DNA of 64,000 bases from the IMG/VR virus record IMGVR_UViG_3300020187_000015, positions 1-64,000 of that record, one strand, 5' to 3'. How positions within the stretch are numbered: position 1 is the first letter of the stretch; each line of letters opens with the position of its first letter. Position numbers and translations under genes: made by a program. Shown piece after piece: positions 38,401 to 48,286 of this stretch. Below the pieces are notes generated by a model. The model saw only the letters and a program-made list of their open reading frames with translations, had not been told where the DNA came from and searched no databases. The stretch comes from a virus.

Positions 38401-38661
38401 TCATAATCTTTCCTCAAATTCAAGTTGTATATTCAAAGATCTCATTGCATATTTAGCAACGTGATTCAATGCTTCCATATCTTCATACTCAACATATCGA
38501 TTCCCGATAGTTCTCATATAGCAACCTTCGTTGTCTTGCATGATCCAACAGAGAGTAATACAAGTTTCCCTGTCTAAGCTCTCGCTATAAGTCCAAGCAA
38601 CAATCTCGGCGCGGCGGTCCACGGTTGCTGGTCTAAATTCAACATCTTTATATCTCATCAT
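38401..38661 (-). CDS. hypothetical
   Basis: Start adjusted to MMRYKD. Confidence 0.6.
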   Translation of the reverse strand: MMRYKDVEFRPATVDRRAEIVAWTYSESLDRETCITLCWIMQDNEGCYMRTIGNRYVEYEDMEALNHVAKYAMRSLNIQLEFEERL

Positions 38662-38876
38662 GATTGTTTTATATTTACAGTCATTTCTTGTCCAGATTTT
38701 TTTTGATGGCCTTGTCAATCTTTGGAGTCACCAAATGACCGACATGATCGTTGTGGACAAGTGCGCCGCTTGAGCGTCCCATGAGTTTTCTCTTTGTTGG
38801 ATTCGGCGCTCTTAAATCAGCACCTGGTTTTGTTTTTTTAGACATACAACATATAATGCCTAAAATTTAATCAATG

Positions 38877-39113
38877 TCAACAAAAAAAGTTTGGTTTGCT
38901 GCTTTTTTCTTTATTAAGATAATTTTTTAAAATTAAATAAGCCTCTTGTATTGTTTTGGGCTTCCACTCTGGATTAACTTCACGCATTTCTGGGAGAGCT
39001 ATTTTCTCAAAATATGTTTTGCGCAAATCAGTTATTTCGCCAGATTCAACAAAAGATTCAAGCATACAATAAGTTGATTGAAGGTTTTTATGTGTTTTGT
39101 CCAAAGGTTTCAT
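38877..39113 (-). CDS. hypothetical
   Basis: ORF. Confidence 0.55.
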   Translation of the reverse strand: MKPLDKTHKNLQSTYCMLESFVESGEITDLRKTYFEKIALPEMREVNPEWKPKTIQEAYLILKNYLNKEKSSKPNFFC

Positions 39114-39279
39114 AGATAATAAACTCTGGTTGGTTATCTTTGGATTTGTACTTATTTGGGAAGACGGTTACTGGCATCTTCTTGCCATCAATAACGACGT
39201 ATCCAGCGAGATACTTGCCGTTTTTCCCATCTTTCTTCCAGAAAGCGCCGCGTTGTTGATCGGTCCATGTAGTATTCAT
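39088..39279 (-). CDS. DUF736-like small protein, leaderless
   Basis: GAFWKK..YLAG...N..K..NQP; TTGACA-N16-TATAAT-N7-ATG. Confidence 0.65.
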   Translation of the reverse strand: MNTTWTDQQRGAFWKKDGKNGKYLAGYVVIDGKKMPVTVFPNKYKSKDNQPEFIIYETFGQNT

Positions 39280-39310
39280 ATGTGCAATTATAGCACATAA
39301 AACAACGTTG

Positions 39311-39562
39311 TCAAGTTAAATTCTTCCAAGCATTTTCACAATGCTTTTTATCTCTAAATAAAAAATTAATAAATTTATAAAATTTTCCTCTTACTGGTAA
39401 ATTTAATTGTTGCCAGTAGCCACAGTAGGCAGAAAAAGTTAGATTAGCATTTAAGCCAAAAACCGAGGCTAGTCCTTGCGACACAGCCTCGGCTAAATTC
39501 CAATAGTAAGACTTACCTCTCGATTTCGAGGGGTCAGCTTTTATAGTTATTCTCATTACCAA
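39311..39562 (-). CDS. hypothetical (tail module)
   Basis: INxLF....HC..AW motif. Confidence 0.6.
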   Translation of the reverse strand: MVMRITIKADPSKSRGKSYYWNLAEAVSQGLASVFGLNANLTFSAYCGYWQQLNLPVRGKFYKFINFLFRDKKHCENAWKNLT

Positions 39563-40134
39563 ACAATAGCACTTAATTCTGCGAAACTAGTGGCGTTAGC
39601 GATTGCTTCGTTAAGTTCTTTTTCACGAGAAAATGCTGCCGACTTTCTTTGAATACCTTCCGAAATTGCTGTTTGAAACTGAGCCTTTGAAATTGTATTG
39701 TACGAACCATCGGCGTTCTTATAATCTGGGAAAGAGCCGCCGTCTGGCAGGATTTCGATAATTGTTTTTGTGTCGATGATGGTTTCTAGGTCGGCCTTAA
39801 ATTGAAAACCATCACTAGTCGTGAGAATAGAGTTGTATTCCGCATCTCTAGCTCTTTTAATCTCTGCAAACTTTCTAGATTTAAACATATCGGGATATTC
39901 AATAAATCTTTCTTCTCGTCGCTCCAGTCGTTTGATCTCCATCTTTTCTTGAAAAGTAACAACGTTATTGTTAATCAGGAAAAGTGGTTCGTCCGAAGAC
40001 TCAAAAGTTGCAGCCTTCGCATTCGAGATTTGAACGACTTCTTCAGAATTGGTATTATAAGAGCCATCTTCGTATGCATCTTCTTGCACTTCGATGATTC
40101 GTCTTGTTTCGATGTTAATTAGGGCGTTTTTCAT
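39556..40134 (-). CDS. DUF4376-like tail-fibre-associated protein
   Basis: C-terminal ...I.NATS..EL.AI.W. Confidence 0.65.
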   Translation of the reverse strand: MKNALINIETRRIIEVQEDAYEDGSYNTNSEEVVQISNAKAATFESSDEPLFLINNNVVTFQEKMEIKRLERREERFIEYPDMFKSRKFAEIKRARDAEYNSILTTSDGFQFKADLETIIDTKTIIEILPDGGSFPDYKNADGSYNTISKAQFQTAISEGIQRKSAAFSREKELNEAIANATSFAELSAIVW

Positions 40135-40931
40135 AATTCGTTGATCCAGTTAAATTTTTGGTTAAGTTGTTCTGAGAGTTGGCGGCCAAGTGTTTCGTGC
40201 CAATCTTTTTTTAGTGGTTTTACTTCTTGGCGAATAACATGGTCTCCATATGGGAAACCTACATCATTTTCTTTGGTGTATTGTTCTACGTTGGAAGTGT
40301 TGTGAACGAAAGGCTCTTCTCCAAGAAACTCCCATACATTATTCATTACACTTTGTGGGTCTTCTGTTAAGTCTTCAGCATGAATAAACATTAATTTATC
40401 ACCAAATCTTTCGGCAGCTTCATGTAATCTCTCGATTGCAATACCAATTGGAGGGCTTTGTAGCCAACCTTGAGCGCGTTTATCGATAGTTGTCCAGCTT
40501 TGTGGGTTTTGTTGCTCCACTCCGTTAAAAACTTCTGGGTGCTGCTGGCGTTTCTTTTCCATGCTGGAAAGAATGCCGCGTATATCGCGGACTGGCACAA
40601 GAACCTTTGCGTCTGGCCACACCTTAAAAAGTTGATCTAGGTGACCAATCCAAGAGCGGCACTTGTCTACAACTACAGGGCGGTCTGTGATACTATTAAA
40701 TGCGTTCTCACATCCAGCCTTAACGTAATCCAAATACATAGGCTCAAGAACTTTTTCCATATCCACTGCCTTTGCCTCTTCAGTCTGAAAGACTTGGCGA
40801 GCTATGTAGCCAATTTCGTGCAAGGCACTTGTTGGTGTAGCGTGGACCCTTGGGTTCTGCGCTAGAAGATTGCAGAGCAGCGTGGAGCAAGCTCTTGGAA
40901 GACCAGATACGAAGTGTAATTTTTTACTCAT
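40131..40931 (-). CDS. sulfotransferase family protein
   Basis: SGLPRACSTLL PAPS loop; VRD...S. Confidence 0.85.
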   Translation of the reverse strand: MSKKLHFVSGLPRACSTLLCNLLAQNPRVHATPTSALHEIGYIARQVFQTEEAKAVDMEKVLEPMYLDYVKAGCENAFNSITDRPVVVDKCRSWIGHLDQLFKVWPDAKVLVPVRDIRGILSSMEKKRQQHPEVFNGVEQQNPQSWTTIDKRAQGWLQSPPIGIAIERLHEAAERFGDKLMFIHAEDLTEDPQSVMNNVWEFLGEEPFVHNTSNVEQYTKENDVGFPYGDHVIRQEVKPLKKDWHETLGRQLSEQLNQKFNWINEL

Positions 40932-40965
40932 ATTATTATGGTGTATCTAATCCTTTAAAAGTCAA

Positions 40966-41982
40966 CTATAAATCAAAGAAAACTGTCAAACCTCCATATG
41001 TAGCTGGGTAAGTTGCTCCTACTGGAACGTGAATTGTTGAAGCCGCTACACCAGAAAACACATCAGAACCCAAGGCAGGAGCAGTTGTAGCTAGGCAGTT
41101 GATTGTAGCCAGGCTAGCGCAGTTATAGAATGCTTGACTCCCGATGCTGGTGACGCTGCTGGGAATGGTGATGCTCGCCAAGCTAGTGTTAATAAATAGT
41201 GTAGCCTCAATGCTTGTAAAGTCAACATTATTTGGGAGGGTAGCGCTTTCTAAGATACTGGAGTAACCGAATGCGTAAGACCCGATACTGGAGACGCTGT
41301 CAGGGATGATAATGCTCGTCAGGACGTTGCATCTACTGAATGCGCTAAAACCGATGCTGGTGAAGTTAACGTTATTTGGGAGGGTGACGCTCGTCAGGCT
41401 AGTGCAGTAATCGAATGCGTAAGACCCGATGCTGGTGACGCTGTCGGGAATCGTGACGTTCGTCAGGCCGCAGTTATAGAATGCTAGAGACCCGATGCTG
41501 GTGACGCTGTCTGGAATGGTGATGCTCGTCAGGGCGCTACAGTAAGCGAATGAGGAAGAATCGATGCTGGTGACGCTGTCGGGAATGGTGATGCTCGTCA
41601 GGCCAGAGCAGCTAACGAATGCGCCAGCCCCGATGCTGATCACGCTGTTGGGGATGGTGACGCTCGTCAGGCTGCTGCAGCTATTGAATGCGGAAGTCCC
41701 GAAGCTGGTGACGTTACTTCCAATGTAGATGCTAGTTAATGTCGTGTTACCATCATAACCATCTAAATCAGTAATAGTTGTAAGATTTCTAGTCTGTGTT
41801 ACGCCAGCCTGAATATCTGTAGTGAATGGCACAATAGATTCCTTTTCCGCATCACTCAGAGGAAGATCTGCCAACTTAATCTTTTTGGTCTGATTTAGGT
41901 CGCTGTCTACTAGTGGTAGCACATCGATTGCTGGATCAGCTGAAGTTAGTTCTGTTAGTTGTGATATTTTTTTGTCTGCCAT
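40966..41982 (-). CDS. BspA-type leucine-rich-repeat protein 1 (putative virion adhesin)
   Basis: ~10 IPDSVTSIGxxAFxxCxxL repeats; MADKKISxL N-domain shared with paralogues. Confidence 0.9.
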   Translation of the reverse strand: MADKKISQLTELTSADPAIDVLPLVDSDLNQTKKIKLADLPLSDAEKESIVPFTTDIQAGVTQTRNLTTITDLDGYDGNTTLTSIYIGSNVTSFGTSAFNSCSSLTSVTIPNSVISIGAGAFVSCSGLTSITIPDSVTSIDSSSFAYCSALTSITIPDSVTSIGSLAFYNCGLTNVTIPDSVTSIGSYAFDYCTSLTSVTLPNNVNFTSIGFSAFSRCNVLTSIIIPDSVSSIGSYAFGYSSILESATLPNNVDFTSIEATLFINTSLASITIPSSVTSIGSQAFYNCASLATINCLATTAPALGSDVFSGVAASTIHVPVGATYPATYGGLTVFFDL

Positions 41983-41994
41983 GATTTTTAAAGA

Positions 41995-43827
41995 TTAAAT
42001 TATATTAACGGTTACGTTTGCGTTTCCACCAATATTCAGGCCAGATCCAGCTGTCCAACCAAGTCCAGCTAGTACATTTATAGTAAGAGGAGATGCCGTG
42101 CCGAGGAAAATATTAATTGCGTTGTCTATAACAGTTTTATCTACATTGCAGTTAATTGTATTTAGTAGATTACAACCCTGAAAAGCTCTCTCTCCTATGC
42201 TGCCGACACTAATAGGAATTTCAACAGTTGTCAAAACATCAAGATTGCGGAATGCGTATGAACCGATAGTCGTTACTGTAGTGGGTATGGTCAAACTCAG
42301 TAAAGATCTAAGTTCAGCAAATGTGAATTGCTCAATGGTAGTAAAGCCAGTGTTGCTTGGGAGGGTGAGACTTTCTACCCTGTCACAGCCTTGGAATGCT
42401 CTTAGTTTGATGGTGGAAACGCTGTCTGGGATGGTGATGCTCGTAAAGTCGCAGTTTTGGAATGCGCCTCTACCGATGCTGGTGACGCTGTTGGGAATGG
42501 TGACGCTCGACAGGCTAGTGCAGTTATAGAATAAGTAATCTTCGATGCTGGTGAAGCCAACATTATTTGGAAGAGTGGCGCTCGCGAGGTCAGTGCAGTT
42601 TTGAAATGCGCTATTCCCGATGCTGGTGACACTGTCGGGAATGATAATGCTCGTCAGGCTTTTGCAGTTGTCGAATGCATTCGCCCCGATAGTTTCGACG
42701 CTGTCGGGAATGTTGATGCTCGTCAGGCTGCTGCAGTTATCGAATGTGAACTCCCCGATGCTGGAGACGCTGTTGGGGATGGTGACGCTCGACAGGCTAG
42801 TGCAGCCAAGGAATGCGTAATCCCCGATGGTTTCGACGCTGTCGGGAATGACGATACTTGTAAGAAATACGCAAATGCCGAACGTATCTCCCGCAATCGA
42901 GGTAAACGCAGGATTATTTGGAAGCTTGATACTCGTTAGCGCAGAATAATAAAACGCAAAACTCCCAATGGTGGTGACACTATCAGGAATGGTGACGCTC
43001 GTCAGGCTGCTGCACCGATAGAATGCGCTAAACCCGATGCTGGTGACGCTGTCGGGAATGGTGACGATCGTCAGGCTGCTGCAGACAGAGAATGTGTTAT
43101 TCTCGATACTGGTGAAATTGTTATTATTTGGAAGTGTGACGCTCGCGAGGTCAGTGCAGCGATAGAATGCCGCAGACCCGATAGTTTCGACGCTGTCGGG
43201 AATGACGATACTCGTCAGGCTAGTGCAGAAATCGAATGCGGAATCCGCGATGCTGGTGACGCTATTGCCGATGGTTGCGCTCGCGAGGCTAGTGCAGCCA
43301 CGGATTGCGCGATCCCCGATGGTTTCGACGCTGTCGGGAATGACGATACTTGTAAGAGATATGCAACCGCCGAACGTATCTTGCTCAATCGAGGTAAACG
43401 CAGGATTATTTGGAAGCTTGATACTCGTTAGCGCAGAATAATAAAACGCAAAACTCCCGATAGTGGTGACACTATCAGGAATAAAAACGCTCTGATTTGT
43501 TAAATTAGCTCCTGCAAAATTGCTATTGCTAAACGCCGCCGATCCAATGCTAGTTACATTAGTCCCAATATAAATGCTGTCTGGTTGATACGTATTGTAA
43601 AACCCATCCGAATTACTAATAGTTGTAAGATTTCTAGTTTGCTCCACGCCAGCCTGAATATCTATCGTGTATGGGTATGCGGTATCTTCAGAGGCATCAC
43701 TAAGCGGAAAGTTGGCTAATTTAATTTTTTTAGTTTTACTTTCGCTGGAGTCTACAACTGGTAAAAAATCTACTGCCGAGTCTGCTGAAGTTATTTCTGT
43801 GAGGTCTGATATTTTTTTGTTTGCCAT
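41995..43827 (-). CDS. BspA-type LRR protein 2 (~20 repeats)
   Basis: Same architecture; internal 197-bp duplication. Confidence 0.9.
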   Translation of the reverse strand: MANKKISDLTEITSADSAVDFLPVVDSSESKTKKIKLANFPLSDASEDTAYPYTIDIQAGVEQTRNLTTISNSDGFYNTYQPDSIYIGTNVTSIGSAAFSNSNFAGANLTNQSVFIPDSVTTIGSFAFYYSALTSIKLPNNPAFTSIEQDTFGGCISLTSIVIPDSVETIGDRAIRGCTSLASATIGNSVTSIADSAFDFCTSLTSIVIPDSVETIGSAAFYRCTDLASVTLPNNNNFTSIENNTFSVCSSLTIVTIPDSVTSIGFSAFYRCSSLTSVTIPDSVTTIGSFAFYYSALTSIKLPNNPAFTSIAGDTFGICVFLTSIVIPDSVETIGDYAFLGCTSLSSVTIPNSVSSIGEFTFDNCSSLTSINIPDSVETIGANAFDNCKSLTSIIIPDSVTSIGNSAFQNCTDLASATLPNNVGFTSIEDYLFYNCTSLSSVTIPNSVTSIGRGAFQNCDFTSITIPDSVSTIKLRAFQGCDRVESLTLPSNTGFTTIEQFTFAELRSLLSLTIPTTVTTIGSYAFRNLDVLTTVEIPISVGSIGERAFQGCNLLNTINCNVDKTVIDNAINIFLGTASPLTINVLAGLGWTAGSGLNIGGNANVTVNII

Positions 43828-43839
43828 TGTGGGTTTACT

Positions 43840-44532
43840 TTATATTATGTTAACGGTCACGTTTGTGTTTCCGCCAATTGTTTGGCCAGGTCCAGCTGTC
43901 CAACCCAGTCCAGATGGCGCGTTTATAGTAAGAGGAGATGCCGTGCCATTGAAAACATTATCTAGGCCATTTATAATAGAAAAATCTACATTGCAGTTAA
44001 TTGTCGCTAAGTTAACGCAATTACGAAAAGCGTTATCCCCAATACTAGTCACACTGCTGGGAATGGTTAAGCTGTTCAGGACATTGCAGTTTTGAAGTGC
44101 GCTAACCCCGATGCTGGTAACGCTGTCTGGAATATTGATACTTTGGATAGCGAAGCAGAGCCGAAATGCATTTTGATCGATACTTGTGATACCGTTAGCG
44201 ATGGTTACATCCGTCAGGGCATCGCAACGAATGAATGCGGATTGCCCGATGCTGGGAACATTGCTCCCAATATAGATACTAGTTAAAGTAGTGTCATCGC
44301 CGTAATACTGATTGTAAGTCAACGGAGCAGTAATATTTCGTGTTTGCTCCACAGTGCCGTGAAAGTCTGTAGTATACGTATACACATGGTTTTTAGCCGA
44401 ATCGCTCAGTGGCAAATTACTAAATCTAATCTTTTTGGTCTCATCTGCGCTGGTATCTACAACAGGTAAGAGGTCAGTTGCTGCGTCAGCTGAAGTTAGT
44501 TCCGTAAGTTCTGATATTTTTTTGTCCGCCAT
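43840..44532 (-). CDS. BspA-type LRR protein 3 (~4 repeats)
   Basis: Same N-domain; C-cap similar to protein 2. Confidence 0.9.
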   Translation of the reverse strand: MADKKISELTELTSADAATDLLPVVDTSADETKKIRFSNLPLSDSAKNHVYTYTTDFHGTVEQTRNITAPLTYNQYYGDDTTLTSIYIGSNVPSIGQSAFIRCDALTDVTIANGITSIDQNAFRLCFAIQSINIPDSVTSIGVSALQNCNVLNSLTIPSSVTSIGDNAFRNCVNLATINCNVDFSIINGLDNVFNGTASPLTINAPSGLGWTAGPGQTIGGNTNVTVNII

Positions 44533-44559
44533 AGTATTTATTACACTATAATTTATAGG

Positions 44560-44940
44560 TTAATCTATAATACTAGCAAAATCATTTTCTAAGTTAGTCT
44601 TTGGCTTATCTTCAACGTGCTTATTACCTACTTCTTTTTCATATTTTTCAAAATATGATTTTTTGACTGGATCATATCCAAGCCTCTCTTCTCTTTCTAT
44701 GCTAAGCTCTTTAGAGTAGTCCAACATATCTCCATATGTGCCTTTCATTTTTCCAGTCTTATCAGTAAAAGCCACTTTGTCGAAGGCATCGATTTTACTA
44801 TGGGTACTGAAGTTTATTGGGGTATAAGATCTATCCCATTTTAAGCCGTCCTCATCATGAAAAACATGTTCATCGTTGACCGATTGAATTAACTCAATAT
44901 ACTCTTCTCTTTCTGGATGTTTGTAAATGTATTCTGGCAT
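44560..44940 (-). CDS. FmdB-like hypothetical
   Basis: MPxYxY start without Cys. Confidence 0.55.
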   Translation of the reverse strand: MPEYIYKHPEREEYIELIQSVNDEHVFHDEDGLKWDRSYTPINFSTHSKIDAFDKVAFTDKTGKMKGTYGDMLDYSKELSIEREERLGYDPVKKSYFEKYEKEVGNKHVEDKPKTNLENDFASIID

Positions 44941-44978
44941 AATACATTATGCTATAGTTTTAACCTTATTCCAATTAT

Positions 44979-46016
44979 TTAAGATATAATATCCTTAACG
45001 CTTTCTCCAGACTCCCACATTCTGCAGGACCAGTAGCGAGCTTTATATTTTGGACCAGGATTTGTATCGCACTTATGCCTAGCTCTAAATGACTTTCTGC
45101 GATCTGGATCATCTCTCTTTATTTCCATATTAGGATCTCCGAAATTAACCTTTACTACATTCCCCTTTTCGTTTTTAACATAAACCGAAAACTTCTTTGG
45201 ACCCTTTGGTGTTCTGAATGGTTTATTCAATTTGACACCCTTTTTTAATTCAGCCGCAAAAGTAAAAGAGTCAACTTCTTTTCCATCTCTATCCAAATCA
45301 TCGTCACAATCGCTAGACATTATACTCTTTGGTTTATTGTAAGAAGCATCATGAGAATCATTTTCGTTAAACCATTTTTGGAAAACGTCTTCGCTTGATC
45401 CTGGAAAATACATAGGAGTTCCGTCAGCCATTTCGTCTGTGTGAATTTCGCCCTTAAAACCAATTTGAATTGATTTTTTTCTTGCGCCTTCTGGAGTGGA
45501 AAAAATATAATCTTCCATTCCAGCTTTACACTTCGCCGCACCATTATGATCAGAGTCTTTCATTAATTTGCCATCAGGCATATAGTGATAACCTTCAGGA
45601 GCTTCTTTGGAGGCTTTTTTGGGTCTACCATCTTTTCCAGAAGGACCAGACATTGGGTGGCTCTTTGGCAATAAATCAGTGTCGTGTTTTCCACTTTTGT
45701 ATTTTAAATTTCTTAATGCATGCAAGAAGGAATTGACTCGCGCCATAGCCCATTGCTGCGAGCTTTTTACGCTTGGTCTAACACTCTGAGGGTTTGTTCG
45801 ATAGGCTCCAACCCCTCTTTTGTATACCGCTTCTAGTTTAGAGAGGGTAACTCTCTTTCTTTTGTCGTCTCCGAATTTTTCATTGTGTTCTTTTACCTTC
45901 TTTTTCAAGGATTCTGCAAGAGACGCTTCACTCATCTCTATAAAGCATAGCTCATCTTCTGAGAAAGATACTTCCATTATTTGTTTTCCGTTTTTTAAAA
46001 AATTACGAATGTCCAT
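44979..46016 (-). CDS. multi-domain conserved phage protein
   Basis: VYKRGVGAY..QWAMARVNSF and KPFRTPKGPKKFSVYVK...RKSFRARHKC modules; start MDIR after GTGTATAAT. Confidence 0.7.
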   Translation of the reverse strand: MDIRNFLKNGKQIMEVSFSEDELCFIEMSEASLAESLKKKVKEHNEKFGDDKRKRVTLSKLEAVYKRGVGAYRTNPQSVRPSVKSSQQWAMARVNSFLHALRNLKYKSGKHDTDLLPKSHPMSGPSGKDGRPKKASKEAPEGYHYMPDGKLMKDSDHNGAAKCKAGMEDYIFSTPEGARKKSIQIGFKGEIHTDEMADGTPMYFPGSSEDVFQKWFNENDSHDASYNKPKSIMSSDCDDDLDRDGKEVDSFTFAAELKKGVKLNKPFRTPKGPKKFSVYVKNEKGNVVKVNFGDPNMEIKRDDPDRRKSFRARHKCDTNPGPKYKARYWSCRMWESGESVKDIIS

Positions 46017-46043
46017 AGTAGGTATTATACACAATAATATTGC

Positions 46044-46072
46044 AAAAAAGAAAGGCCTTCCCGAAGGAAGGC
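46044..46072 (-). terminator. intrinsic terminator
   Basis: GGCCTTCC-TTCG-GGAAGGCC plus T-run. Confidence 0.85.
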
Positions 46073-46078
46073 CATCAA

Positions 46079-46285
46079 TTATACTACAGCAAGACTCTTG
46101 ATTGAGTTTCGATGGACTTTAATTTCTCCACGCTTTCCAGAGAAGCGATCAAAGATTACGAATGTTTCTCCGATAGATTTAACTTTACCCATAAAGCATT
46201 CGGAAACTTTAGAATTTTGTAGACTTACTCTCATAAATTTACCGCGGGACTTTGTTACTTTTGATTTAATAGTACTTGTATTCAT
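46079..46285 (-). CDS. small basic hypothetical (Sm/SH3-like size)
   Basis: Coupled to upstream GT. Confidence 0.6.
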   Translation of the reverse strand: MNTSTIKSKVTKSRGKFMRVSLQNSKVSECFMGKVKSIGETFVIFDRFSGKRGEIKVHRNSIKSLAVV

Positions 46286-47397
46286 TATATTTTTATTAGT
46301 TCTAGTATTTCGTCACAGAATTTTGCATCTGTGAACTGAGATGGTAGCTTTTTGCCGCCTTCATTAATTTTCCCATCAAGGACATTTTTAACGGCAGAAT
46401 CTAATGAAGTAGACATATTTTCTATATCTAAATCATAAATATTTCCGCAATTAAATGGAGACCCCTGTTGAAAGAAAAGATTATCGATTGCTGAAATTTT
46501 ACCATTAGGAGCCACTTTAATAGAATTACTATCAGTTGCCCACTCTTTAATTCCAGAATTAAAATTAACTACACATTGCTTGCCGAGTCCAGCCATATGG
46601 AAAGAAGGTAGAGACCAAGATTCTCCACCGCTTCCATCAACAACAATGTCTGCAATATTATATGCTTGATTCAACTCCGTTAACTTTCTAAAGTAGGGCA
46701 TAAAGATCATGTTATGGGGAACATCTCCATCACAAGCCTCGACTACTTTCATTTTGTTTATCTCCATAGATTTATTCGGGTCTTGATGGAAAAAGGGATT
46801 GAATATATGAAGATGTATCTTGAATCTCTTATCATTCCCAAATTTATTTTTTAACAAATTAATGATACTAGCAGTATGCTTTCTTTTTTCAAATTTGCCA
46901 GCTAAAGCAATTACAATTTCATTATTTTCATACTTTTTAACTTCAGTCTCTTTAAAAGCAAGGGAGTTGTAACCCAAGTTAATTGTTTTGTGGTTATCAA
47001 CTCCATATTCTTTGCAGACCTCTTCCGTGAAAGAACAAGGTGATGCAACTTTGTCATAGGAGTTCAAAATATTTTTTTCAGTCGCAGTAAGTTGATCTAG
47101 CTCATGGAAAAAATAAAGGAAGGGGTTTTTACTGATTGAATCTTGAGAGCCATTGATGTGCCAAATTCTCAAGGACGGTTCAGTTCTCTTGAAGTCTTTC
47201 AATGATTTTTGAGTACACAATTGCAACCAAGCCATGAACTGTTCAGGAATGATATCTTCATAAGAAGATAGATCTATTCCAGCTATTGGAAAAATATTAG
47301 GCTCCAGCTTTCTAGAGAATAGCTCATATAGAAGATTGGTAGATACTTGACCTAAGCTAGTGCCATTAATGGGGACCTGCAAACTAAAATTACTCAT
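46285..47397 (-). CDS. GT-B glycosyltransferase (GT4-like)
   Basis: GKFEKRKH, SGGESWSLP motifs. Confidence 0.75.
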   Translation of the reverse strand: MSNFSLQVPINGTSLGQVSTNLLYELFSRKLEPNIFPIAGIDLSSYEDIIPEQFMAWLQLCTQKSLKDFKRTEPSLRIWHINGSQDSISKNPFLYFFHELDQLTATEKNILNSYDKVASPCSFTEEVCKEYGVDNHKTINLGYNSLAFKETEVKKYENNEIVIALAGKFEKRKHTASIINLLKNKFGNDKRFKIHLHIFNPFFHQDPNKSMEINKMKVVEACDGDVPHNMIFMPYFRKLTELNQAYNIADIVVDGSGGESWSLPSFHMAGLGKQCVVNFNSGIKEWATDSNSIKVAPNGKISAIDNLFFQQGSPFNCGNIYDLDIENMSTSLDSAVKNVLDGKINEGGKKLPSQFTDAKFCDEILELIKI

Positions 47398-47914
47398 TAT
47401 TTAAAATCTGTTTATATCTATCTAAAATTCTATTGTACTTTTGACGAATCCATTCGCCAGAATATTTGTTATTCATGTCTTTAGCTATCTCTGAAAATGT
47501 CATTCCTGACAACCTTTTTTCTAAAATTTCTCTATTTTCTTTATTTTGAATATCATTTTCAACATAACTCAATAACTCCCTTTTACCGTAATTGGGCATG
47601 TGTACTAAGTGGTTATCCTCTATTTCTACGAAATACTTCTTTGAGCTGCAAAGGCTCTGACATGTCCAAAATGCTTTATTGCCTATCCAGGTTGAGAATT
47701 TGCTCCTACTAACATCAAATTCTTTTGCAGCATCATAAAAAAAACTTAAAGGATTTTCTTTTAAATCTTCAATCTCCATTATTCCAGAGTAAGCATTGGC
47801 CTTTTTATAAAAGATTCCGCTGTGCCGCTCTTGTAACTCTTTCAAACAGTTATTTACGTCAATACCATTTTTTATATTTTCAGTAAGCTCTAAATCAGAT
47901 AAATCATCAATCAT
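47390..47914 (-). CDS. sigma70-like factor (regions 2 and 4)
   Basis: AAKEFD..RSKFSTW and TFSEIAK...SGEWIRQ; leaderless start 47914. Confidence 0.7.
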   Translation of the reverse strand: MIDDLSDLELTENIKNGIDVNNCLKELQERHSGIFYKKANAYSGIMEIEDLKENPLSFFYDAAKEFDVSRSKFSTWIGNKAFWTCQSLCSSKKYFVEIEDNHLVHMPNYGKRELLSYVENDIQNKENREILEKRLSGMTFSEIAKDMNNKYSGEWIRQKYNRILDRYKQILNNE

Positions 47915-47992
47915 TCCTCCTAATATACTACAAATAAAACAAATGTCAATAAAAAGTTGACTTTTTTGCAAGATATTTTATATGTTTGATAA

Positions 47993-48286
47993 ATGGAAGA
48001 TATAAAACAACCTAAACGTGCGTGGAAAGGGACTTGGATACCTAAAAATATCTGGGAGAACGAACAACTAACTTGGATGGAAAAATGCATCTGGGCAGAA
48101 ATCTTCAATCTGGATGATGATGATCGAGGTGGATGCTGGGCATCGAATGCTTTTTTGGCGAAAAAATTTAACACCAGTCCTCAAACCATAACCAATACAA
48201 TATGCAAACTAAAAAAGCTTAAATTACTTAAGCAAGTAGCCTTTGATGGGAGGCAAAGAGTGCTAAAATCTACCTATTTAGACTAA
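47993..48286 (+). CDS. winged-HTH protein, replication-initiator N-terminal type
   Basis: WIP..IW...L...EK, GCWASNAFLA; at strand switch. Confidence 0.7.
   Translation: MEDIKQPKRAWKGTWIPKNIWENEQLTWMEKCIWAEIFNLDDDDRGGCWASNAFLAKKFNTSPQTITNTICKLKKLKLLKQVAFDGRQRVLKSTYLD

Noticed and set aside
42197-44286. Plus-strand ORFs over the LRR genes (and other antisense ORFs in the track)
   Set aside because: Shadows of repetitive or biased coding on the opposite strand; no promoters or recognisable motifs
40966-44532. Complete canonical DGR
   Set aside because: No reverse transcriptase, avd or non-coding template in the window, and silent framework adenines are invariant; kept only as a signature finding
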